A stretch of 64,000 bases of DNA from an uncultured Actinomycetota bacterium (GCA_963770565.1 CAVYQE010000002.1:256001-320000); one strand, 5' to 3'; shown: positions 28,112 to 39,842, numbered from the stretch's first letter. The notes: a model not told the origin generated them from the sequence alone. Program-made: numbers and translations.

Positions 28112-29188
28112 TCACACGTTGAAGCGGAACTCCACCACGTCGCCGTCGGCCATGACGTAGTCCTTGCCTTCGATCCGGGCTTTGCCGGCAGCGCGCGCCG
28201 CCGCGATCGAACCGGCGGCGACCAAGTCGTCGTACGAGACGATCTCGGCCTTGATGAAGCCCTTCTGGAAGTCGGTGTGGATCACGCCCGCGGCCTCCGG
28301 TGCGGTCGCACCCTTCTTGATCGTCCAGGCCCGCGACTCCTTCGGCCCGGCGGTGAGGTAGGTCTGCAGGCCGAGGGTCTCGAAGCCGACCCGCGCCAAT
28401 GTCGCGAGACCCGACTCATGCTGGCCGTACTCCTCGAGCAGCTCCGCGGCATCCGCGGCATCGAGTCCGATCAGCTCTGACTCGAGCTTCGCGCTGACGA
28501 ACACCGCAGGCGCCGGCGCGACCAGGTCGCCGAGCTTCGACCGCAGGCCCGCGTCGCCGAGGTCGGTGTCGTCGAGGTTGAAGACGTAGATGAACGGCTT
28601 GTCGGTGAGCAGGAACGACTCCCGCAATGCCTCGCGATCGAGCGACGGCTCGCTCGAGATCGGGCGCCCGTCGTCGAGCACCGCCCGCGCGGCCTGCACC
28701 GCGGCAAGCTCGGTACGCCGGTCGGGCTTCATCCGCGCCTCGCGCTCCAACCTCGCGAGCCGGGTGTCGATCGTCTGCAGGTCGGCGAGCATGAGCTCGG
28801 TGTTGATCGTGGCGATGTCGTCCGCCGGCTCGACCCGCCCGTCGACATGGGCCACGTCGGGGTCGGCAAAAGCGCGGACGACCTGGCAGATCGCATCGGC
28901 TTCCCGGATGTGCGACAGGAACTTGTTGCCGAGACCCTGGCCCTCGCTCGCCCCGCGCACGATGCCGGCGATGTCGACGAAACTGACGGTAGCGGGCACG
29001 ATCTTGGCGCTGTCGAACATCGCGCCCAGCACGTCGAGGCGTGGGTCCGGCACGTTGACCACGCCGATGTTCGGATCGATCGTCGCGAACGGGTAGTTCG
29101 CCGCCAGCACGTCGTTTTCGGTCAGCGCGTTGAACAGCGTCGACTTCCCGACGTTGGGCAGCCCCACGATCCCGATCGACAGCGCCAT
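28112..29188 (-). CDS. ychF: Redox-regulated ATPase YchF
   Basis: GIVGLPNVGKST, NYPFATI, DIAG, and TGS domain ending EFRFNV. Confidence 0.97.
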   Translation of the reverse strand: MALSIGIVGLPNVGKSTLFNALTENDVLAANYPFATIDPNIGVVNVPDPRLDVLGAMFDSAKIVPATVSFVDIAGIVRGASEGQGLGNKFLSHIREADAICQVVRAFADPDVAHVDGRVEPADDIATINTELMLADLQTIDTRLARLEREARMKPDRRTELAAVQAARAVLDDGRPISSEPSLDREALRESFLLTDKPFIYVFNLDDTDLGDAGLRSKLGDLVAPAPAVFVSAKLESELIGLDAADAAELLEEYGQHESGLATLARVGFETLGLQTYLTAGPKESRAWTIKKGATAPEAAGVIHTDFQKGFIKAEIVSYDDLVAAGSIAAARAAGKARIEGKDYVMADGDVVEFRFNV

Positions 29189-29305
29189 GCCTCCATTGTC
29201 AGGCAGGCCGCGCCCGGCGGATCTCGCCGCGTCCGAGCGCACCAATCTGGGGGTCCCGGCGCGCCGTGGGCCGAAAGTGTCGGACCGCCGAGCGACCATG
29301 CGGAC

Positions 29306-30706
29306 ATGGACATCGCCGCTGTGCTCATCGCCGCAGTCACGCTGATCGCCGGGCTCGCCGCCGGCTGGGCGCTCGCCGGCCTCCGCGCGTCGACCGCCGC
29401 AGCCACGAGTGGCGCCGAGCGTGACGCGGCCATCGCCGATCGCGATCGGCTCCGCGCCGAGCGGGACACGCTCGGAAACGAGCTGCGCACGGCCGAGCTA
29501 CGGGTCCAGGAGCTGATGACGAAGCTCGAGGCGACCGAGGCCAACGAGGACCAGCTCAAGGACACCTTCGCGCGGATGTCGAGCGAGGCTCTCGATCGCA
29601 GCAGCAAGCAGTTCCTCGATCTCGCCGATCGGCGCTTCAAGCAAGCCGGCGAGCCGTTGACCCAGTCGCTTGACAAGGTCGAGCGGCAGCTCGGCGTGAT
29701 CGAGAAGGACCGCGCGAGTGCGAATGCGGCGTTGGCGGAGCAGATCAAGGCAGTCGGCGACTCGGGCAACGCGCTACGGATCGAGACCGCGTCGCTGGTG
29801 AGCGCATTGCGCAAGCCGCAGGCTCGCGGCCAGTGGGGCGAGCTTCAGCTGCGTCGATGCGTGGAGCACGCCGGCATGCTCGACCGCTGTGACTTCAGCG
29901 AGCAGACCAGCGTCATCACGCTGGACGGCCCCTTGCGCCCGGACCTCATCGTTCATCTGGTTGGGGGCAAGAGCATCGTCGTCGACGCAAAGGTCACGCT
30001 GTCCGCGTTCCTCGAGGCATACGAAGCCGACGATGACGACGTTCGCGAGGAGCGCTTGACCGCGCACGCCCGTCACCTCCGCCAGCACGTCGAGCAGCTG
30101 GCCGCTAAGGCCTACTGGAGCCAGTTCAGCCCGGCACCTGAGTTCGTCGTGCTGTTCGTGCCGAGCGACGCGCTGCTCGCCGCCGCGCTCGATCGCGACG
30201 GCGCCCTGCTCGACGACGCATTCAAGAAGCGCGTGCACATCACGACGCCGACCACCTTGATATCGGTGCTGCGTGCCGTTGCCTACGCATGGCAGCAGGA
30301 GGCCCTCGCCGAGAACGCGCAACAGGTCTTCGAGCTCGGCCGTGAGCTCTACAAGCGGCTCGGCACGTTCGGTGGGCATATGGACAAACTCGGCCGCTCG
30401 CTGACCAGCGCCGTCAACACCTACAACGGCGCGGTCGGCTCGCTTGAGAAGCAGGTCCTTGTCCAGGCCCGCCGGCTCAACGAGCTCGAGATCGTCGATG
30501 GCGAGCTGGCCGGACCGACCCCGATCGAGGAGCCGCTGCGCTCCCTGGCGGCCGGCGAGCTGGTCGAAGGCGCTGAGCAGGCTCGCCCGCTCGTGGCGCT
30601 CTCGCCGCCTCCGGCTGACGACGCCCTCGACCTGTTCACCCGCGCCCCGGACTACGGCTTGACCGAGGGTGAGACCAAACCGGGACCTTCGGCCCTCAAG
30701 GCCTGA
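29306..30706 (+). CDS. rmuC: DNA recombination protein RmuC
   Basis: N-terminal TM and coiled coil; RGQWGE, RPD, VDAK and EFVVLFVP. Confidence 0.93.
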   Translation: MDIAAVLIAAVTLIAGLAAGWALAGLRASTAAATSGAERDAAIADRDRLRAERDTLGNELRTAELRVQELMTKLEATEANEDQLKDTFARMSSEALDRSSKQFLDLADRRFKQAGEPLTQSLDKVERQLGVIEKDRASANAALAEQIKAVGDSGNALRIETASLVSALRKPQARGQWGELQLRRCVEHAGMLDRCDFSEQTSVITLDGPLRPDLIVHLVGGKSIVVDAKVTLSAFLEAYEADDDDVREERLTAHARHLRQHVEQLAAKAYWSQFSPAPEFVVLFVPSDALLAAALDRDGALLDDAFKKRVHITTPTTLISVLRAVAYAWQQEALAENAQQVFELGRELYKRLGTFGGHMDKLGRSLTSAVNTYNGAVGSLEKQVLVQARRLNELEIVDGELAGPTPIEEPLRSLAAGELVEGAEQARPLVALSPPPADDALDLFTRAPDYGLTEGETKPGPSALKA

Positions 30707-30731
30707 CCCGCGGGGCGCCGATGCCCACAGG

Positions 30732-31313
30732 GTGACGTCCGGACCCTCGCCCGAGGGTGTGCTGGAGCTGCGCCAAGCGGCGGCTGCGCTGAAGCGCCAC
30801 GCTGCCCCGCTGCCGAAGCGGCACCGCTGGCTGACCGGAAAGCGGCTGGCGATCATCCTGGTGATCGACCTGGTCGTCGGGTCGCTCGCCTGGCACTACC
30901 TCACCGAGGCACATCCGACCGCGGTCGCCAAAGCCGTGGAGAGCGTCGGGAACGACGCCGCACACAACAACTGGAGCGCGGTCTACAACTCGCTTTGCAG
31001 CTCCGACCGGGCCCAGATCGCCGAGAGTGACATCGCCTCCGCCGGCGAGGGAGCCTTGCTGCAGCTCGGTGGCCTGCATTCAGTCACCGTCACCAACGTC
31101 ACCAACACCCACGTCTCGCTCGGCCCGATCCCGATCCCGGCCGCCGTCGTCTCCGGCCAGCTCGTTCCGCGAATCGGCCCCTCCAGCGCCTACACGGTCA
31201 CCGTCGTACGCGAGGTCTCCGGTTGGCACGTCTGCCTCAGCGCCGGGGGTTACAGCTCGACCGCACTCGGCGTCAACGTCCCGCTCGGGGACGGTCAGGG
31301 ACCGGCTCTCTAA
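30732..31313 (+). CDS. Single-TM hypothetical protein with an NTF2-like extracellular domain
   Basis: One TM helix, then a YNSLC...WHVC cysteine pair. Confidence 0.6.
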   Translation: MTSGPSPEGVLELRQAAAALKRHAAPLPKRHRWLTGKRLAIILVIDLVVGSLAWHYLTEAHPTAVAKAVESVGNDAAHNNWSAVYNSLCSSDRAQIAESDIASAGEGALLQLGGLHSVTVTNVTNTHVSLGPIPIPAAVVSGQLVPRIGPSSAYTVTVVREVSGWHVCLSAGGYSSTALGVNVPLGDGQGPAL

Positions 31314-31318
31314 CCAGG

Positions 31319-32287
31319 TCAGACTGCGGCGGGGCGTTCGCGGCGCAGGTCGTGCGGCAGTGCAAACGTCAGGTGCTCCTCGACCGCGGTGACCTCCTCG
31401 ACATCGGCAAAACCGTTGTGCGCCAACCATTCGAGCACCTCGGCAACCAGCGACTCGGGCACCGAGGCGCCGCTGGTCACGCCGACGGTTGTGACCCCGT
31501 CGAGCCAACCCGGCTCGATGTGGCTGACGTCGTCCACCAGGTACGACGCGGCCGCACCGTTGCTGAGTGCGACCTCGACCAGCCGCAGCGAGTTCGAGGA
31601 ATTGGTCGAGCCGACCACAAGCACGAGGTCCGACCTCGCCGCGATCTGCTTGACCGCGACCTGGCGGTTCTGGGTGGCGTAACAGATGTCGTCGCTCGGC
31701 GGGTCGATCAGCAGCGGGAAGCGAGCCCGCAACGCGGCAACGGTCTCCTGCGTCTCATCAACCGACAACGTGGTCTGTGAGAGCCAGGCCACCCGGGCCG
31801 GGTCGCGGATCTCCAGGGTCGCCACGGCGTCGGGGCCGGGCACCAGGTGAACGCGTTCGGGCGCTTCGCCGGTGGTCCCCTCGACCTCCTCATGGCCCTC
31901 GTGGCCGATCAGCAGGATGTCGACGTCGTCGCGGGCGAACCGCCGGGCCTCGGCATGCACCTTCGTGACCAGCGGGCAGGTCGCGTCGATGGTGCGCAGG
32001 TTGCGGCGCGCCGCCTGCTCGTGCACCGCCGGGGCGACTCCGTGCGCCGAGAAGACCACGACGGCGCCCTCGGGCACCTGCTCAGTCTCGTCGACGAAGA
32101 TCGCACCGAGGCCCTCGAGCTGGGCCACGACGTGGGAGTTGTGGACGATCTGCTTGCGGACGTAGACCGGCGCACCGAAGCGCTCAAGCGCGATCTCGAC
32201 GGTCTGAACCGCTCGATCCACCCCCGCGCAATAGCCGCGCGGAGCGGCGAGCAGCACGCGGCGCTGTGCGCCCTGTGGATCGGCCAT
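31319..32287 (-). CDS. ispH: 4-hydroxy-3-methylbut-2-enyl diphosphate reductase
   Basis: [25 protein letters not shown] and SSNS. Confidence 0.97.
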   Translation of the reverse strand: MADPQGAQRRVLLAAPRGYCAGVDRAVQTVEIALERFGAPVYVRKQIVHNSHVVAQLEGLGAIFVDETEQVPEGAVVVFSAHGVAPAVHEQAARRNLRTIDATCPLVTKVHAEARRFARDDVDILLIGHEGHEEVEGTTGEAPERVHLVPGPDAVATLEIRDPARVAWLSQTTLSVDETQETVAALRARFPLLIDPPSDDICYATQNRQVAVKQIAARSDLVLVVGSTNSSNSLRLVEVALSNGAAASYLVDDVSHIEPGWLDGVTTVGVTSGASVPESLVAEVLEWLAHNGFADVEEVTAVEEHLTFALPHDLRRERPAAV

Positions 32288-32323
32288 CACGATCCCATCG
32301 TAGGTCGCCCCTAGGCTGAGCCG

Positions 32324-33541
32324 ATGCCGCTGGAGTCCAGCCCCGAGTCGCCGGTTCCGGTTCGCGTCGTCGCGAAGCTGATCGGCGACTGGATCGGCCG
32401 GTTGGGACGGGTGTGGGTCGAGGGCCAGGTGACCGAGCTCACCCGGCGGCCCGGCCAGTCGACCGCGTTCCTGGTCCTGCGCGACACCGCCGCCGAGATG
32501 TCGCTGCGGGTGAGCTGTCGCGGCCATCTGCTTGACGCCCTCGACGCGCCGTTGACCGAGGGCGCCCGGATCGTGGTCTGGGGCCGACCTGAGTACTGGG
32601 CGGCCCGGGGCTCGTTGACCTTCACCGCCTACGACATCAAGCCGGTGGGGATCGGTGCGCTGCTCGCCCGGCTCGAGGAGCTGCGCAAGCTGCTCGCCGC
32701 CGAAGGGTTGTTCGCGGCCGAGCGGAAGCGGCCGCTGCCGTTCCTGCCGCGCCAGGTCGGGTTGGTCACCGGCCGGGCCAGCGCCGCTGAACGCGATGTC
32801 GTCGAGAACGCCCGCCGACGCTGGCCCGCGGTGAGCTTCCAGATCGAGCCGGTGGCGGTCCAGGGCCCGTACGCCGTCACCGAGGTGATCGCCGCCGTGC
32901 AGCGCCTCGACGCCGACCCGGTCATCGACGTGATCGTGATCGCCCGCGGTGGCGGGTCGATGGAGGACTTGCTGGTCTTTTCCGACGAGTCCCTTGTCAG
33001 AGCGGTCGCGGCCTGCTTCACCCCGATCGTCTCCGCGATCGGTCACGAGACCGACACCCCGCTGCTCGACCATGCCGCCGACCGACGCGCATCGACCCCG
33101 ACTGATGCCGGCAAGCTGATCGTCCCCGACGTCGCGGAGGAGCTGGCCAGGGTCAGCGCGCTGATCGACCGGGCCAGGCGTTGCGTCGCGGGCCGGCTCG
33201 ACTCCGAGCAACATCGGCTCGACGCACTACGCACCCGGCCGGCGCTCGCCGACCCGCTCGGCACTCTTGCCGGCTGGCGGCTCGACCTCGAAGCGGTCCG
33301 CGAGCGTGGTCGGCGCGCGACCCTGGGCGCCCTGGCCCAGGCCACCGCCGAGATCGCGGCCCTGCGCGGCCAGGTCGTGGCACTGTCACCGCAGGCGACG
33401 CTTGACCGCGGTTACTCGGTTCTTCAGCGCGCCGACGGCACGATTGCCCGCGACGCCGACGAGCTTCGCCGCGGGGAGCGGCTGACCGGTCGGCTGGCCC
33501 GCGGCCGGGTCCCACTGGTCGTCGAGGAGATGGCGCAATGA
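32324..33541 (+). CDS. xseA: Exodeoxyribonuclease VII large subunit
   Basis: [23 protein letters not shown] and ASTPTDA. Confidence 0.96.
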   Translation: MPLESSPESPVPVRVVAKLIGDWIGRLGRVWVEGQVTELTRRPGQSTAFLVLRDTAAEMSLRVSCRGHLLDALDAPLTEGARIVVWGRPEYWAARGSLTFTAYDIKPVGIGALLARLEELRKLLAAEGLFAAERKRPLPFLPRQVGLVTGRASAAERDVVENARRRWPAVSFQIEPVAVQGPYAVTEVIAAVQRLDADPVIDVIVIARGGGSMEDLLVFSDESLVRAVAACFTPIVSAIGHETDTPLLDHAADRRASTPTDAGKLIVPDVAEELARVSALIDRARRCVAGRLDSEQHRLDALRTRPALADPLGTLAGWRLDLEAVRERGRRATLGALAQATAEIAALRGQVVALSPQATLDRGYSVLQRADGTIARDADELRRGERLTGRLARGRVPLVVEEMAQ

Positions 33542-33783
33542 GCGACGCACCCGGCTCGGCCGACCGACCGACCTACGAGCAGGCGCGTGCGGAGCTCGTC
33601 GAGGTGGTCCGGGCGCTCGAAGCCGGTGGCGCGACCCTGGAAGAGTCACTGGCGCTGTGGGAGCGCGGCGAGGCGCTCACCGCGATCTGCCAGGAATGGC
33701 TCGACGGCGCCAAGCAGCGCCTCGACGCCGCCCGGATCGCCACCGGCGAGGCCGAGACCGACGGGGCCGACCCCGATTCGTGA
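33538..33783 (+). CDS. xseB: Exodeoxyribonuclease VII small subunit
   Basis: YEQARAEL...LEESLALWERGE; ATGA overlap with xseA. Confidence 0.95.
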   Translation: MSDAPGSADRPTYEQARAELVEVVRALEAGGATLEESLALWERGEALTAICQEWLDGAKQRLDAARIATGEAETDGADPDS

Positions 33784-33799
33784 GGCCACACCCGCGGGG

Positions 33800-34348
33800 T
33801 CAGTGCAGCGACGCCGCGAGCAGCTGAAGCTGGGCCTGCGTCGCGCTCCCCGTGATGACCTCGGTGAGACCCGCGTTCGTGTGGACCAGCGAATACTCGC
33901 CGCGCGCGGACCGAAGGGTCTGCCAGGCCGCCCCGCCGACGGCGACGGTGCCGGTCGCCGAACCAATCGGCACTCCGAGCACCAATGACACGAAGCCGGC
34001 CGGCGGGCCCACGGTCTCATCGAGCCCGGCGTACTGGGCGCCCGGCACGTCGAACCCGATCTGGAGGTGCGCGGTGGTGCGGGTGCCGGTCAGCGCCGCG
34101 GCGTTGGCCGACCAGCTGCTCGGCAGCGACCGCGGGGTCAGCGCGGGACGCCCGGTCAGCTGGTGGAAGCCGGCGACGTAGTCGCTGTAGTCGGTCGCGG
34201 GAAATCGTTGGGATTTGCTCGGGTGGAACAGACCCGGCACGAAGATCAGCGTCACCGCAGCGATCACCGCGACCAGCCCGAGCGAGCGCACCATGTCGGC
34301 CACCGACTCGCGGCCACGCTTCGGCCTGGCGACGTCAGTCGTCGTCAC
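33800..34348 (-). CDS. DUF4245-like membrane-anchored protein
   Basis: DMVRSL followed by a TM helix; LPSSW motif; typical position between xseB and glpX. Confidence 0.75.
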   Translation of the reverse strand: MTTTDVARPKRGRESVADMVRSLGLVAVIAAVTLIFVPGLFHPSKSQRFPATDYSDYVAGFHQLTGRPALTPRSLPSSWSANAAALTGTRTTAHLQIGFDVPGAQYAGLDETVGPPAGFVSLVLGVPIGSATGTVAVGGAAWQTLRSARGEYSLVHTNAGLTEVITGSATQAQLQLLAASLH

Positions 34349-35498
34349 GGATCCGCACCATCTCATCGAGCACGGCCACGCACTCTTCGGCCGTGGAGAA
34401 GAAGTGTGGTCCGATCCGGATGCCTCCGCCGGGACGGAAGTCGACGATGAATCCACGCTCGATCAGCACCTGATGGACCCGCTCCGCGTCCGGCACGTCG
34501 ATCGTGACGTGCCCGCCGCGGCGGTGCGGGTCGAGTGGTGACCGTACGGCGAAGCCCCGCTCGAGCGCACCGTCCACGATCGTCTGGGTCAGCGCCTGCG
34601 AGCGCTCGCGCACCCGGCCGATGCCGATGTCGACGATCGCCTGGTATCCCGGCGACGCCGCGTAGGCAGCGGGCACATTCGGCGTGCCGCCGGCGAAGCG
34701 CTGAATGCCTGTGGCATAAGCGATTTCGGCCCATTCGAAGTCGAAAGGCCGGGCGTGCGAGATCCAGCCGACCGCGCTCGGCCGGAGCGTCTCCACCAGG
34801 TCCGGCCGGATGTAGAGCCAGCCGTTGCCCGGCCCGCCGCAGAGGAACTTCACCGAGCCGCCGACGCACACATCAATGTCGTTCGCGGTGACCTCGACCG
34901 GCAGCACGCCGGCGGCCTGATAGGCATCGAGGATCAACAGTGCGTCGTGCTGCCGCGCCGCGTCGCGGACCGGCTCGAGGTCGAGCAGCGCCGAGGTCCG
35001 GAACTGCACGAGGCTCACCGAGACGACCGCCGTACGGTCGTCGATCGTCTCGGCCACTCGCTGCGGATCGATCGTGATGCCGTCGGGCTCGTACGGCACG
35101 ACCACGAGCTCCCCGCCATGGCGGCGACAGTGCTCCGACCACATGTAGTGCGTGCCGGGCCAATCCGCTGCGGTCGACACCACTCGGTTGCGGGTGGGGG
35201 TGAAGTCGACGCAGGAGACCACGGCATTGATCGCGTCGGCCACCGCCTGCCGCAGGATCGTCGTGCCGGGTGCCGCGCCGATGATCGCGCCGAGCAGGTC
35301 GGCGACCCGGCCCATCTCCGGAAACCAGGTCGACCACGCGGAGACGCCGTCGGTGTCCCAGAGCGAGGCGAACTCGGCCAGCTTGGTCGCGGTCTCGCGG
35401 TGCATGGCTCCGAGCGAGTTGTTGATCAGGTACGCCGCCTTGCGATCCACGATCGGGTAGTCGACGCGGCGGGCCAGGAGGTCGTCATGCACCCGCAC
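34335..35498 (-). CDS. Kynureninase-like class V PLP-dependent enzyme
   Basis: YLINNSLG, DAYQAAG, GGSVKFLCGGPG and RRGGHV. Confidence 0.85.
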   Translation of the reverse strand: MRVHDDLLARRVDYPIVDRKAAYLINNSLGAMHRETATKLAEFASLWDTDGVSAWSTWFPEMGRVADLLGAIIGAAPGTTILRQAVADAINAVVSCVDFTPTRNRVVSTAADWPGTHYMWSEHCRRHGGELVVVPYEPDGITIDPQRVAETIDDRTAVVSVSLVQFRTSALLDLEPVRDAARQHDALLILDAYQAAGVLPVEVTANDIDVCVGGSVKFLCGGPGNGWLYIRPDLVETLRPSAVGWISHARPFDFEWAEIAYATGIQRFAGGTPNVPAAYAASPGYQAIVDIGIGRVRERSQALTQTIVDGALERGFAVRSPLDPHRRGGHVTIDVPDAERVHQVLIERGFIVDFRPGGGIRIGPHFFSTAEECVAVLDEMVRIRDDD

Positions 35499-35556
35499 AG
35501 CCTGTCATGTCCGAATCCCGCTAGAGATCCGTCCGGCCAGCGGCGAAGATAGATCC

Positions 35557-36993
35557 GTGCATGAGGACCACGACCGCTGCTACCGGGCCGTCGCCAGCCG
35601 CGACTCCCGCTTCGACGGGCGCTTTGTGACCGCGGTCACGACCACCGGCATCTACTGCCGGCCATCCTGCCCGGCGCAGACGCCGAGGCGAGAGAACGTC
35701 CGCTTCTACCCATGCGCGGCCGCCGCCGTCGCAGCCGGCTTCCGGGCCTGCAAGCGCTGCCGGCCGGAGGCCGCACCCGGCTCGCGCGAATGGGACCTCC
35801 GCGGTGACCTCGCGGCGCGAGCCCTGCGGGCGATCGCGGGTGGCGTCCTCGACGGCGCGAGTGGCGACTCGGCGGGTGGCATTCCTGCGCTCGCCCGGTC
35901 ACTCCACGTCAGCGAGCGACACCTGCACCGGGTGCTGGTCGCGGAAGTCGGCGCGGGCCCGCTGGCGCTGGCCCGGACCCGGCGCGCCCAGACCGCACGG
36001 CTGCTGCTCGACGCCACCGATCTGCCGATCACGACGGTCGCGTTCACGGCTGGCTTCGCCAGCCTCCGCCAGTTCAACGACACCATGCGCGAGCACTTCG
36101 GCATGCCGCCCCGGGAGATCCGTCGGCGCCCCTCGGCACAGCTGGCCGGGACCGGTTCGCTCACCCTGCGGCTCGCGGTCCGAACCCCGTACGCCGCGGG
36201 CCCGTTCCTCGGCTGGCTGCGCCCGCACCTGCTGACCGGGGTCGAGGAGCTCGAGGACGCGACGTACCGGCGGGTGCTGCCGTCCGGATCCGTGGTCGAG
36301 ATGCAGATCGGCGGGGATGCGGTCAGCCTCACCACCCGGATCGACGACGTCCGGGCACTTCCCGACACCGTGAGCCGGTGCCGGCGGATGCTCGATGCCG
36401 ACGCCGACCCGGTCGCAGTCGACGCGGCGCTGAGCGAGGATCCGCAGCTCGCGCCGCTGGTGGCGGCCCGCCCCGGGCTGCGCGTGCCGGGGGCCGCGGA
36501 CGGCTTCGAGCTGCTCGTGCGCACCGTGCTCGCGCAGCAGGTCTCACTGACCGCTGCGCACACGTTCGCCCGCCGCCTGGTCGACGCCTACGGCAAACCG
36601 CTGGACGCCCCCTCGGGCACGCTGACCGCCTGCTTCCCCACCGCCGACGTGCTCGCCGACGCCTCCTTCGACGGGATCGGCCTGACCGGCGGGCGGATCC
36701 GCACGGTTCGGGCGGTCGCCGCCGCGTACACGGCGGGTGACCTGACCCTCGACCCGAGCGCGGATCGCGACGAGACCCGCGCCCGGTTGCTGGCACTGCC
36801 GGGGATCGGGCCGTGGACGGCCGACTACGTCGCGATGCGCGCGCTCGGTGACCCGGACGCGTTCCCCGGCAGCGACCTCGTCCTGCGCCGCCGGGCAGCT
36901 GACCTCACGCCAGAACGCTGGCGGCCGTGGCGTTCGTACGCCGCGATGCACCTGTGGATCGACCACCTGATGACGACTGGAGCCTTGGCATGA
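35557..36993 (+). CDS. alkA: Ada-AlkA fusion (Ada Zn domain, AraC HTH, 3-methyladenine glycosylase)
   Basis: TTGIYCRPSC, FRACKRC, HhH motif LPGIGPWTA and WRPWRSYA. Confidence 0.93.
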   Translation: MHEDHDRCYRAVASRDSRFDGRFVTAVTTTGIYCRPSCPAQTPRRENVRFYPCAAAAVAAGFRACKRCRPEAAPGSREWDLRGDLAARALRAIAGGVLDGASGDSAGGIPALARSLHVSERHLHRVLVAEVGAGPLALARTRRAQTARLLLDATDLPITTVAFTAGFASLRQFNDTMREHFGMPPREIRRRPSAQLAGTGSLTLRLAVRTPYAAGPFLGWLRPHLLTGVEELEDATYRRVLPSGSVVEMQIGGDAVSLTTRIDDVRALPDTVSRCRRMLDADADPVAVDAALSEDPQLAPLVAARPGLRVPGAADGFELLVRTVLAQQVSLTAAHTFARRLVDAYGKPLDAPSGTLTACFPTADVLADASFDGIGLTGGRIRTVRAVAAAYTAGDLTLDPSADRDETRARLLALPGIGPWTADYVAMRALGDPDAFPGSDLVLRRRAADLTPERWRPWRSYAAMHLWIDHLMTTGALA

Positions 36994-37478
36994 CCCTCGA
37001 CGCCACCACCTTGACCACCCCTGTCGGCGACCTCACGTTGGTCGCCCGAGACGACGTCCTGGTCGCGGCCGGGTTCGACACCGTCGACGCGATGACGGCC
37101 CGGCTCGACAACGAGCCGGTGACGGTTCGCCCCGACCTCCGCCGGCTGTCGGTCGCGGTGGCGGCGTACTTCGAGGGCGACGTCCACGCCCTTGACGACC
37201 TGCCGGTGTCGCAACCGGGCGGCGACTTCCACCAGGCCGCATGGAAGGTCATGCGCGAGGTGCCACCCGGCGAGACGATCACCTACGCCGAGTTGGCCGC
37301 ACGGGCCGGAAACCCGCAGGCGGTGCGGGCGGCCGGCAGCGCGTGCGCGCGCAACCTGATCGCGCCGATCGTGCCTTGCCACCGCATCGTCCGCACCGGC
37401 GGCGCACTCGGCGGCTACTACTACGGCCTCCCGACTAAGCAGTGGCTGCTGGCCCACGAAGGGCGCTTCGCCAGGTAG
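36990..37478 (+). CDS. ogt: Methylated-DNA-protein-cysteine methyltransferase
   Basis: Active site PCHR, AVRAAG; ATGA overlap with alkA. Confidence 0.95.
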   Translation: MTLDATTLTTPVGDLTLVARDDVLVAAGFDTVDAMTARLDNEPVTVRPDLRRLSVAVAAYFEGDVHALDDLPVSQPGGDFHQAAWKVMREVPPGETITYAELAARAGNPQAVRAAGSACARNLIAPIVPCHRIVRTGGALGGYYYGLPTKQWLLAHEGRFAR

Positions 37479-37487
37479 AACAGCGGG

Positions 37488-38093
37488 ATGGAGTTTTCCG
37501 AGGTCCTGCGCCAACGGCGGATGATCCGCCACTATCTCGACCAGCCGGTGGATCCCGAGGTGGTCGAACGGGTCCTTGCCGCGGGTCTGCGAGCACCGTC
37601 GGCCGGGTTCTCCCAGGGGTACGCCCTGCTGGTACTCGAATCGCCCGAGGACCGGGCCCGGTTCTGGGAAGTGACCGACACCGAGCCCGAGACCGCGAGC
37701 TGGCCGGCCGACACCCGGGCCGGCGTGATGCGGGTGCCGGTCATCGTGGTCGCGCTGTCGTGCAAGCGGGTCTACCTGGACCGCTACGCACAGGACGACA
37801 AGGGCTGGACCGATCGTGACGAGTCACGGTGGCCGGTCCCGTTCTGGCACATCGACACCGGCATGGTCGCGTTGCTGATGCTGTTGCAGGCCGTCGACGA
37901 GGGCCTCGGCGCGCTGTTCATCGGGATGCAGCCCGAGGTGATCCCGGCATTCCGGGCCGAGTTCGGCGTACCGGACGACCATGACGTCGTCGGGGTGGTG
38001 TGCTTCGGTCACGCCGATCCGGAGGCGCCCAAGCGCAACCTGTCCAGCCGGCGCCGGGCGACCGAGGACGTCGTCCATCGCGGCCGGTGGTGA
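37488..38093 (+). CDS. Nitroreductase family protein
   Basis: [16 protein letters not shown] and AVDEGLG. Confidence 0.92.
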   Translation: MEFSEVLRQRRMIRHYLDQPVDPEVVERVLAAGLRAPSAGFSQGYALLVLESPEDRARFWEVTDTEPETASWPADTRAGVMRVPVIVVALSCKRVYLDRYAQDDKGWTDRDESRWPVPFWHIDTGMVALLMLLQAVDEGLGALFIGMQPEVIPAFRAEFGVPDDHDVVGVVCFGHADPEAPKRNLSSRRRATEDVVHRGRW

Positions 38094-38109
38094 CCGCCGG
38101 GCGACCGCG

Positions 38110-38712
38110 TCAGCCGGTGCCGACCCGCCGGAGCAACTCGACGAACTCGTCGGCCAGCCGCATCGCCGCCTTCTCGGTCTCCTGCACCGCGACCTCGCGA
38201 CCGGCTTCCGCGACGATGCTGGTCAGGACGACCACGATGGTGTCGCCGAGCGGCTGGTCCACGGTGTCGAGCAAGGCGGTGTTGACTCGGACCCACTCGC
38301 GATAGCGCCGGCGCGCGATCAGCTCGAAACCCGGTGGGCCGCCGCCGTCGAGAAACACCCGGGCGAGGTTGCGCTCCTCCCAACACCCGCGCAGATACGC
38401 CGCGGCTCCGACGAGGAACAGCTGGAGCGTGTCGACGACCCCGCGCGCCCGAGCCTCGCGGACCGCCTCGGCGGCGCGGTGCTCCTGCCGGGCCTGGTAG
38501 TCGTCGAACAGCGCCAGATAGAGGTCGGCCTTGCCGCCGAAATGGTGGTACAGACTGCCGACGCTGGCGCCGGCGCGCGCCACCACGTCGGTGATGTTCG
38601 CGTCCGCGAAGCCCCCAGCGGCGAACGCATCACTCGCCGCCGACAGGAGCGAGGCACGGGTCGCCTGAGCGCGACCCCCGGTGCGCTCACCCGACGTACG
38701 CCGACTCGGCAC
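38110..38712 (-). CDS. TetR/AcrR family regulator
   Basis: [20 protein letters not shown]. Confidence 0.9.
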   Translation of the reverse strand: MPSRRTSGERTGGRAQATRASLLSAASDAFAAGGFADANITDVVARAGASVGSLYHHFGGKADLYLALFDDYQARQEHRAAEAVREARARGVVDTLQLFLVGAAAYLRGCWEERNLARVFLDGGGPPGFELIARRRYREWVRVNTALLDTVDQPLGDTIVVVLTSIVAEAGREVAVQETEKAAMRLADEFVELLRRVGTG

Positions 38713-38781
38713 GGCGTCACTCTTTCACTTCCTTCCCCGCTGGGGCGACCAAGTCCCCGACTCGGTGGGAGGATCACGCAC

Positions 38782-39813
38782 ATGACGGACACCACCGTGC
38801 CCGGCTCCCTCCGTGTCGGCGGAGAGCAGCCCGACCGAAACCTCGCCCTCGAACTGGTCCGAGTAACCGAGGCGGCGGCAATGGCCGCGGGCCGCTGGGT
38901 CGGCCGGGGCGACAAGCACGGTGCCGACCAAGCTGCCGTCAACGCGATGCGCCAACTCGTGTCGACCGTGTCGATGAAGGGCACCGTCGTCATCGGCGAG
39001 GGCGAGAAGGACGAAGCGCCGATGCTCTACAACGGCGAAGAGGTCGGCGACGGCAACGGCCCGGACTGCGATGTCGCGGTCGACCCGGTCGACGGTACGA
39101 CGCTGACCGCCAAGGGCATGACCAACGCGATCTCGGTCATGGCGGTGGCCGACCGCGGTGCGATGTATGACCCGTCCGCGCTGTTCTACATGCAGAAGCT
39201 GGTCACCGGCCCGGCCGCCGCGCAGCTGGTGGACATCGAGGCACCGGTCGAGCACAACGTCCAGGCAGTCGCGAAGGCAAAGGGCTGCTCGCCCGAGGAC
39301 GTCACCGTCGTCGTCCTCGACCGTCCCCGCCACGCAGACCTCGTTCAGGAGATCCGGGAGGCCGGCGCCCGGATCCGGTTCATCCAGGACGGCGATGTCG
39401 CCGGCGCGATCATGGCCGCGCGCGACGGCACCGGGGTCGACCTGCTCCTCGGCGTCGGCGGCACCCCCGAGGGGATCATCGCCGCGAGCGCGCTCAAGTG
39501 CCTCGGCGGGGTGATCCTCGGCAAGCTCTGGCCGCGCAACGACGAGGAGCGGCAGCGGGCGATCGACGCCGGCCACGATCTCAACCGGGTGCTTGACACC
39601 AACGACCTGGTCAGCGGCAACAACGTCTTCTTCGTAGCGACCGGGGTCACCGACGGCGAGCTGCTCGAAGGCGTTCGCTACTTCGCCGGCGGCGCGAGCA
39701 CCCACTCGCTCGTGATGCGGTCCAAGAGTGGCACGATCCGCTCGATCCACAGCGACCACAAACTGACCAAGCTCCGCGCCTACAGCTCGGTTGACTTCGA
39801 CCACCACGCCTGA
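38782..39813 (+). CDS. glpX: Class II fructose-1,6-bisphosphatase
   Basis: [29 protein letters not shown] and GGTPEG. Confidence 0.97.
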   Translation: MTDTTVPGSLRVGGEQPDRNLALELVRVTEAAAMAAGRWVGRGDKHGADQAAVNAMRQLVSTVSMKGTVVIGEGEKDEAPMLYNGEEVGDGNGPDCDVAVDPVDGTTLTAKGMTNAISVMAVADRGAMYDPSALFYMQKLVTGPAAAQLVDIEAPVEHNVQAVAKAKGCSPEDVTVVVLDRPRHADLVQEIREAGARIRFIQDGDVAGAIMAARDGTGVDLLLGVGGTPEGIIAASALKCLGGVILGKLWPRNDEERQRAIDAGHDLNRVLDTNDLVSGNNVFFVATGVTDGELLEGVRYFAGGASTHSLVMRSKSGTIRSIHSDHKLTKLRAYSSVDFDHHA

Positions 39814-39842
39814 ACACTTCCGCGCTGCGGAACAATGAACGT

